The notes beneath the pieces are model-generated. The model saw only the letters and a program-made list of their open reading frames with translations, was not told where the DNA came from and did no database searches. From the sequence record SRR22947727_4385: DNA of 53,713 bases. The stretch is one strand, 5' to 3'. The position numbers and the translations under genes were made by a program. Positions within the stretch are counted from its first letter, which is position 1. Each line of letters begins with the position of its first letter. Below are positions 49,931-53,713 of this stretch, in pieces.

Positions 49931-50614
49931 ATGTTGCGATTTTCTCCTATCCTTCTGGCTCTGATCTATGGGCTGGTGATGTATAAATTTTCTGCCTGGC
50001 GCACTGCAAAAACCTTGGATCAGCAATCTGTTACCTTAATGGATCCCGCGCTGAGCCCCCTGTTGCAACGCATGGCAAAAGCGCTGGATATTCCAAAGCT
50101 AAACGTTCAAATCTATGAGATCGACCCGATCAACGGCCTGGCCGCGCCGGATGGACGGATTTTTATCACCCGTGGATTTTACAATAAATACAAGGCGGGC
50201 GATGTCAGCGGAGAAGAGTTGGCCTCGGTGATCGCGCATGAACTTGGCCATGTTGCGCTGGGCCATGCACGTCGGCGTATGATCGATTTTTCCGGCCAAA
50301 ATGCCGTAAGAGCCGCGTTGGGGATGGTGCTGGGGCGGGTTTTGCCTGGGATAGGCCCATGGATTGCCGGCTTGGTGGCAAATTTATTGATGGCGCGTCT
50401 GTCGCGCGGCGATGAATACGAGGCAGATGAATATGCCGCAGCTCTGATGGTCAAATCGGGATTGGGAACAGACGCGCAAAAAACGTTATTTCTGAAATTG
50501 GAAGAGCTGACAGGGCAAATAGGCAGTCTTCCCGCATGGTTGATTAGCCATCCCAAAACAGCGGATCGGATCGCGGCTATTGAAACGCTTGAACAAAAAT
50601 GGGGTCTTGGGTGA
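49931..50614 (+). CDS. M48-family zinc metallopeptidase
   Basis: EELASVIAHELGH, EYEAD, SHP...R; N-terminal TM helix. Confidence 0.92.
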   Translation: MLRFSPILLALIYGLVMYKFSAWRTAKTLDQQSVTLMDPALSPLLQRMAKALDIPKLNVQIYEIDPINGLAAPDGRIFITRGFYNKYKAGDVSGEELASVIAHELGHVALGHARRRMIDFSGQNAVRAALGMVLGRVLPGIGPWIAGLVANLLMARLSRGDEYEADEYAAALMVKSGLGTDAQKTLFLKLEELTGQIGSLPAWLISHPKTADRIAAIETLEQKWGLG

Positions 50615-50649
50615 CAAACGGGTGCGCCGGCGCGCAGGCAGTGCTGGCT

Positions 50650-52254
50650 TTAACTTTGTGCGGTGCGAATATAATCAAGCAAGCGCTGCGTTGATCCATC
50701 CTTATCCGCGGCCGATGCCGCGCCACTGAGCAACTGCTCCATATCGCGGGCCAGTTCTTTTCCCAGTTCGACCCCCCATTGGTCAAAACTATTGATTCCC
50801 AAAATAACCCCCTCGGCAAATACGCGATGTTCATAAAGAGCAATAATCTGCCCCAAAACAAACGGGCTAAGCCGTGGATAGATGAGCGTGGTTGAAGGAC
50901 GGTTGCCGGGAAAGACGCGATGCCGCGCCTGCCGCTCCAATTCATCGCCAATTAACCCCTGCGCTATCATCAATTGGCGGGCTTGCTCCAATGTGCGGCC
51001 GCGCATCAAGGCCTCTGACTGGGCCAAGCAATTGGCTATTAAAAGCCGGTGATGCGTGTCAAGCGATGCTTCATGGCCTTCCCGCGCAACCATAAACTCA
51101 CAGGGCACAACCGCGGTGCCTTGGTGAATCAGTTGATAAAAAGCGTGCTGGCCATTGGTGCCAGGTTCGCCCCAGACAACCGGACCTGACGGATATGGCA
51201 AATCTTGACCGTTCATATCAACGCGCTTGCCATTACTTTCCATTTCGAGCTGCTGCAGATAGGCAGGCAAACGGCTCAAGCGCTGTTCATAGGGCAGCAC
51301 GGCGCGGGTGGCAAAGCCGCAAACCTGATGATGCCACAGCCCCACAAGCGCGAGCATAACTGGCATATTTTGCGATAGCTCTGCGGTGCAAAAATGCCGG
51401 TCCATGGATTGCGCACCGCGCAGAAAATCGCGAAACGCATTTGGGCCAATCGCCAGCATTAAACTCAGCCCAATAGGGCCCCAAAGCGAATAGCGCCCAC
51501 CGACCCAATCGGCAAAGCCAAACACCCGCTCGGCGGCAATCCCAAAAGCTTTGGTTTTTTCCTGCGCGGTGGAAAGCGCCACAAATTGCGCCCCTGGATC
51601 CGTCACATGCTGGGCCAACCACGCTTTCGCAGTTTGCGCATTGGTCATGGTTTCGATCGTGGTAAAGGTTTTTGATGCTATGATAAATAAACTGCGCGTT
51701 GGGTCCAGATTTTGTAAAATATCATGCAAATGGGCTCCATCGACGTTTGAAACGAAATGGCATTTGGGGCCATCATGATAGGGTGCCAAGGCCAAACAAG
51801 CCATGGCGGGGCCCAAATCTGACCCTCCAATCCCGATGTTTACGATATCGGTGATTGGCCCTCCGGGCCCCTGAAATCGCCCCCTCCTCAGGTCTTCGGA
51901 AAAATGGGTCATCCGCTGCAACGCCTCTTGCACATCGGGCATCACGTTATGGCCGTTCACAAAGACATCTGGCCCGTCTAAATTGCGCAATGCGCTGTGC
52001 AACACGGCCCGTCCTTCGGTTTCATTGAGCGCGGCGCCCTGAAACATGTCTAGGCGGCGCTCTTCTAATCCGCGCGCTTGCGCCAAATCCAGCAAGCCTT
52101 TGCGCGCAATCGCATCGATCCGAGTTTTAGAGTAATCCAACAGCAAATCATCGGCCTGAACTGAAAATTGTTCTGCCCGGTTTTTGGCCTCAAAAAGCGC
52201 CATAATGGGCTGTTGTTTTTGCGCATCCCAATGGCGCTTTAACGCATCAAACAT
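50650..52254 (-). CDS. pgi: Glucose-6-phosphate isomerase
   Basis: GIGGSDLGP, ASKTFTT.ET, WVGGRYS, QQLEMESNGK, GTNGQHAFYQ, FDQWGVELGK. Confidence 0.98.
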   Translation of the reverse strand: MFDALKRHWDAQKQQPIMALFEAKNRAEQFSVQADDLLLDYSKTRIDAIARKGLLDLAQARGLEERRLDMFQGAALNETEGRAVLHSALRNLDGPDVFVNGHNVMPDVQEALQRMTHFSEDLRRGRFQGPGGPITDIVNIGIGGSDLGPAMACLALAPYHDGPKCHFVSNVDGAHLHDILQNLDPTRSLFIIASKTFTTIETMTNAQTAKAWLAQHVTDPGAQFVALSTAQEKTKAFGIAAERVFGFADWVGGRYSLWGPIGLSLMLAIGPNAFRDFLRGAQSMDRHFCTAELSQNMPVMLALVGLWHHQVCGFATRAVLPYEQRLSRLPAYLQQLEMESNGKRVDMNGQDLPYPSGPVVWGEPGTNGQHAFYQLIHQGTAVVPCEFMVAREGHEASLDTHHRLLIANCLAQSEALMRGRTLEQARQLMIAQGLIGDELERQARHRVFPGNRPSTTLIYPRLSPFVLGQIIALYEHRVFAEGVILGINSFDQWGVELGKELARDMEQLLSGAASAADKDGSTQRLLDYIRTAQS

Positions 52255-52289
52255 CCTTATCCCCTTGCTTTTGCCTAGCGCTATGCTTG

Positions 52290-52967
52290 TCAGTCGGCCC
52301 AATGCACCGTGTTGCCGGCAAGCACGGCCATAATAGGTGCCTCTTGCGCAGGCAAGCTTTGCGCCTGTTCTAATGCTTGGCGTTTTTCAGCCCCAAAAAT
52401 AACCAAATGTTTGTATTGCGCAGCGTTCAAAACCGCAGCAGAGAGGGTGACACGAGGCTCAGGCGCATCCGGCGCGCGCATCGCGACCAAAGGCGGCGCG
52501 CTATCGCCCAGCGCAAAGGACAGTTGATCGCCGCCCGGAAAAAGCGAGGCCGTATGCATATCCGCCCCCATTCCAAGCAGCAAAACCGACAGTGGTAAAC
52601 AGGCTTTTAGCTGGTGCGATAACGGCTCCATCGCGTCTTCCGGCGTTGCATAATCGGCGTAAAGCGGCACATAGCTGGCTGCCTCAACCGGGCCCACCAG
52701 CAAACGGTTGCGCAATAAGGCGGTATTCGAGCGCGGGCTATCGCTGGGCACCCAGCGTTCATCGCTCAGTAAAATATTCACCCGCGCCCAGTCCAGATCG
52801 CTTTGGCAGAGTTGGTCAAAAATTGGCCCAGGTGTGGTGCCGCCCGGAACCGCAAAACTGATCGTCGATTGGCGGGACAGCGCCTTGCGTAAATCGGCGA
52901 TCAAGGCCTGACTAAGCTTTTCGACCAGCGCCGCGCGCGTGGGGTATCCTTCGAACTGATAGGTCAT
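52290..52967 (-). CDS. pgl: 6-phosphogluconolactonase
   Basis: PGGTTP, DERWV, SN, LGMGADMHTASLFP; ATGA overlap with the zwf stop. Confidence 0.96.
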   Translation of the reverse strand: MTYQFEGYPTRAALVEKLSQALIADLRKALSRQSTISFAVPGGTTPGPIFDQLCQSDLDWARVNILLSDERWVPSDSPRSNTALLRNRLLVGPVEAASYVPLYADYATPEDAMEPLSHQLKACLPLSVLLLGMGADMHTASLFPGGDQLSFALGDSAPPLVAMRAPDAPEPRVTLSAAVLNAAQYKHLVIFGAEKRQALEQAQSLPAQEAPIMAVLAGNTVHWAD

Positions 52968-53713
52968 TTTATATCCCGCCATTTGCGACCATCACGATGC
53001 ATCAGCATCAGCGCATCCTCGGGGCCAGAACTGCCACTTTCATAAGGTTTGGGCACATCATTGCGCTTTTCCCAATCTTCAATGATCGGATCGGTCCATT
53101 GCCAAGCCGCCTCCACTTCATCCCCGCGCATGAACAGCGTTTGATTGCCCCGAATAACATCCATGATCAAGCGCTCATACGCATCTGGCACTTCTTCGGC
53201 CTCAGGGCCCAACGCCTCGGCAAAGGTCATATCCAACGGAACGTCAACCAAGCGCATGCCGCCCGGGCCCGGCTCTTTGATCGTAACATCCATTGTGATG
53301 CCTTCATCCGGTTGTAGGCGAATCACCAACGCGTTGCGATGGCTGCCCGCTTCTGGGCCAAAAATAGAATGTGGCGTCTCTTTGAAAACCACAGCAATTT
53401 CCGAACTGCGGGCGCGCAAGCGTTTGCCCGTGCGCAAATAAAAGGGGGTACCGGCCCAACGCCAATTCCCGATATGGGTTTTCAAAGCCAAAAAGCTTTC
53501 GCTGAAAGAGCGCGGATTATTCACATCCTGGCGATAGTTTTCTTGACCGTCTGGGCTGGCATATTGCCCCCGCACGATATGATGCGCTGGTACGGCGTCC
53601 AAGGCTCTGATCACCTTCAGCTTTTCATCGCGCACCGCATCGGGATTGAATTGTGCGGGCGGCTCCATCGCGATCAAGCATAGCAGCTGCATCAAATGGT
53701 TTTGCACCATATC
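52964..53713 (-). CDS. zwf: Glucose-6-phosphate 1-dehydrogenase (C-terminal part, truncated by the window edge)
   Basis: DMVQNHLMQ, RDEKLKV, RWAGTPFYLRTGK, IRLQPDE, AYERL, LF.R.DEVE.AW. Confidence 0.97.
   Translation of the reverse strand, partial: DMVQNHLMQLLCLIAMEPPAQFNPDAVRDEKLKVIRALDAVPAHHIVRGQYASPDGQENYRQDVNNPRSFSESFLALKTHIGNWRWAGTPFYLRTGKRLRARSSEIAVVFKETPHSIFGPEAGSHRNALVIRLQPDEGITMDVTIKEPGPGGMRLVDVPLDMTFAEALGPEAEEVPDAYERLIMDVIRGNQTLFMRGDEVEAAWQWTDPIIEDWEKRNDVPKPYESGSSGPEDALMLMHRDGRKWRDIK

Overview
Core chromosomal segment of a marine Rhodobacteraceae (Roseobacter-group) bacterium, inferred from gene content, gene order and moderate GC. It carries a DmdA-like GcvT-family gene, a decayed IS5/IS903-type element, DUF1127 and SRAP genes, the iscR-iscS-sufBCD-(2x YIP1)-sufS Fe-S operon with recognisable ICE and Iron-Rhodo boxes, mfd, hemB, gyrA, an M32 carboxypeptidase, ctaA, olsBA, proBA, obgE, rplU-rpmA, dcd, scpAB, nagZ, a SPOR protein, argS, dgt, erpA, xth, dksA, a MoxR/VWA/M48 cluster and zwf-pgl-pgi. 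No tRNA, rRNA or CRISPR array was seen. The most striking feature is a two-gene minus-strand module between erpA and xth, behind an AT-rich (~26% GC by hand count) upstream region. It encodes a 117-aa peptide with five repeats at an exact 21-aa period, each ending in invariant FTSAS, then a stem-loop, then a 359-aa protein of unknown function with enzyme-like motifs (YELTH, DLLAE, YH). This resembles a multi-core RiPP-like precursor plus an uncharacterised maturase, which is inference only. Also notable: chpT is interrupted by an in-frame TAA, an ICE (Irr)-like box lies inside the iscS coding sequence, and tandem NrdR-like boxes precede gyrA. Start codons were refined by eye where the ORF track over-extends.
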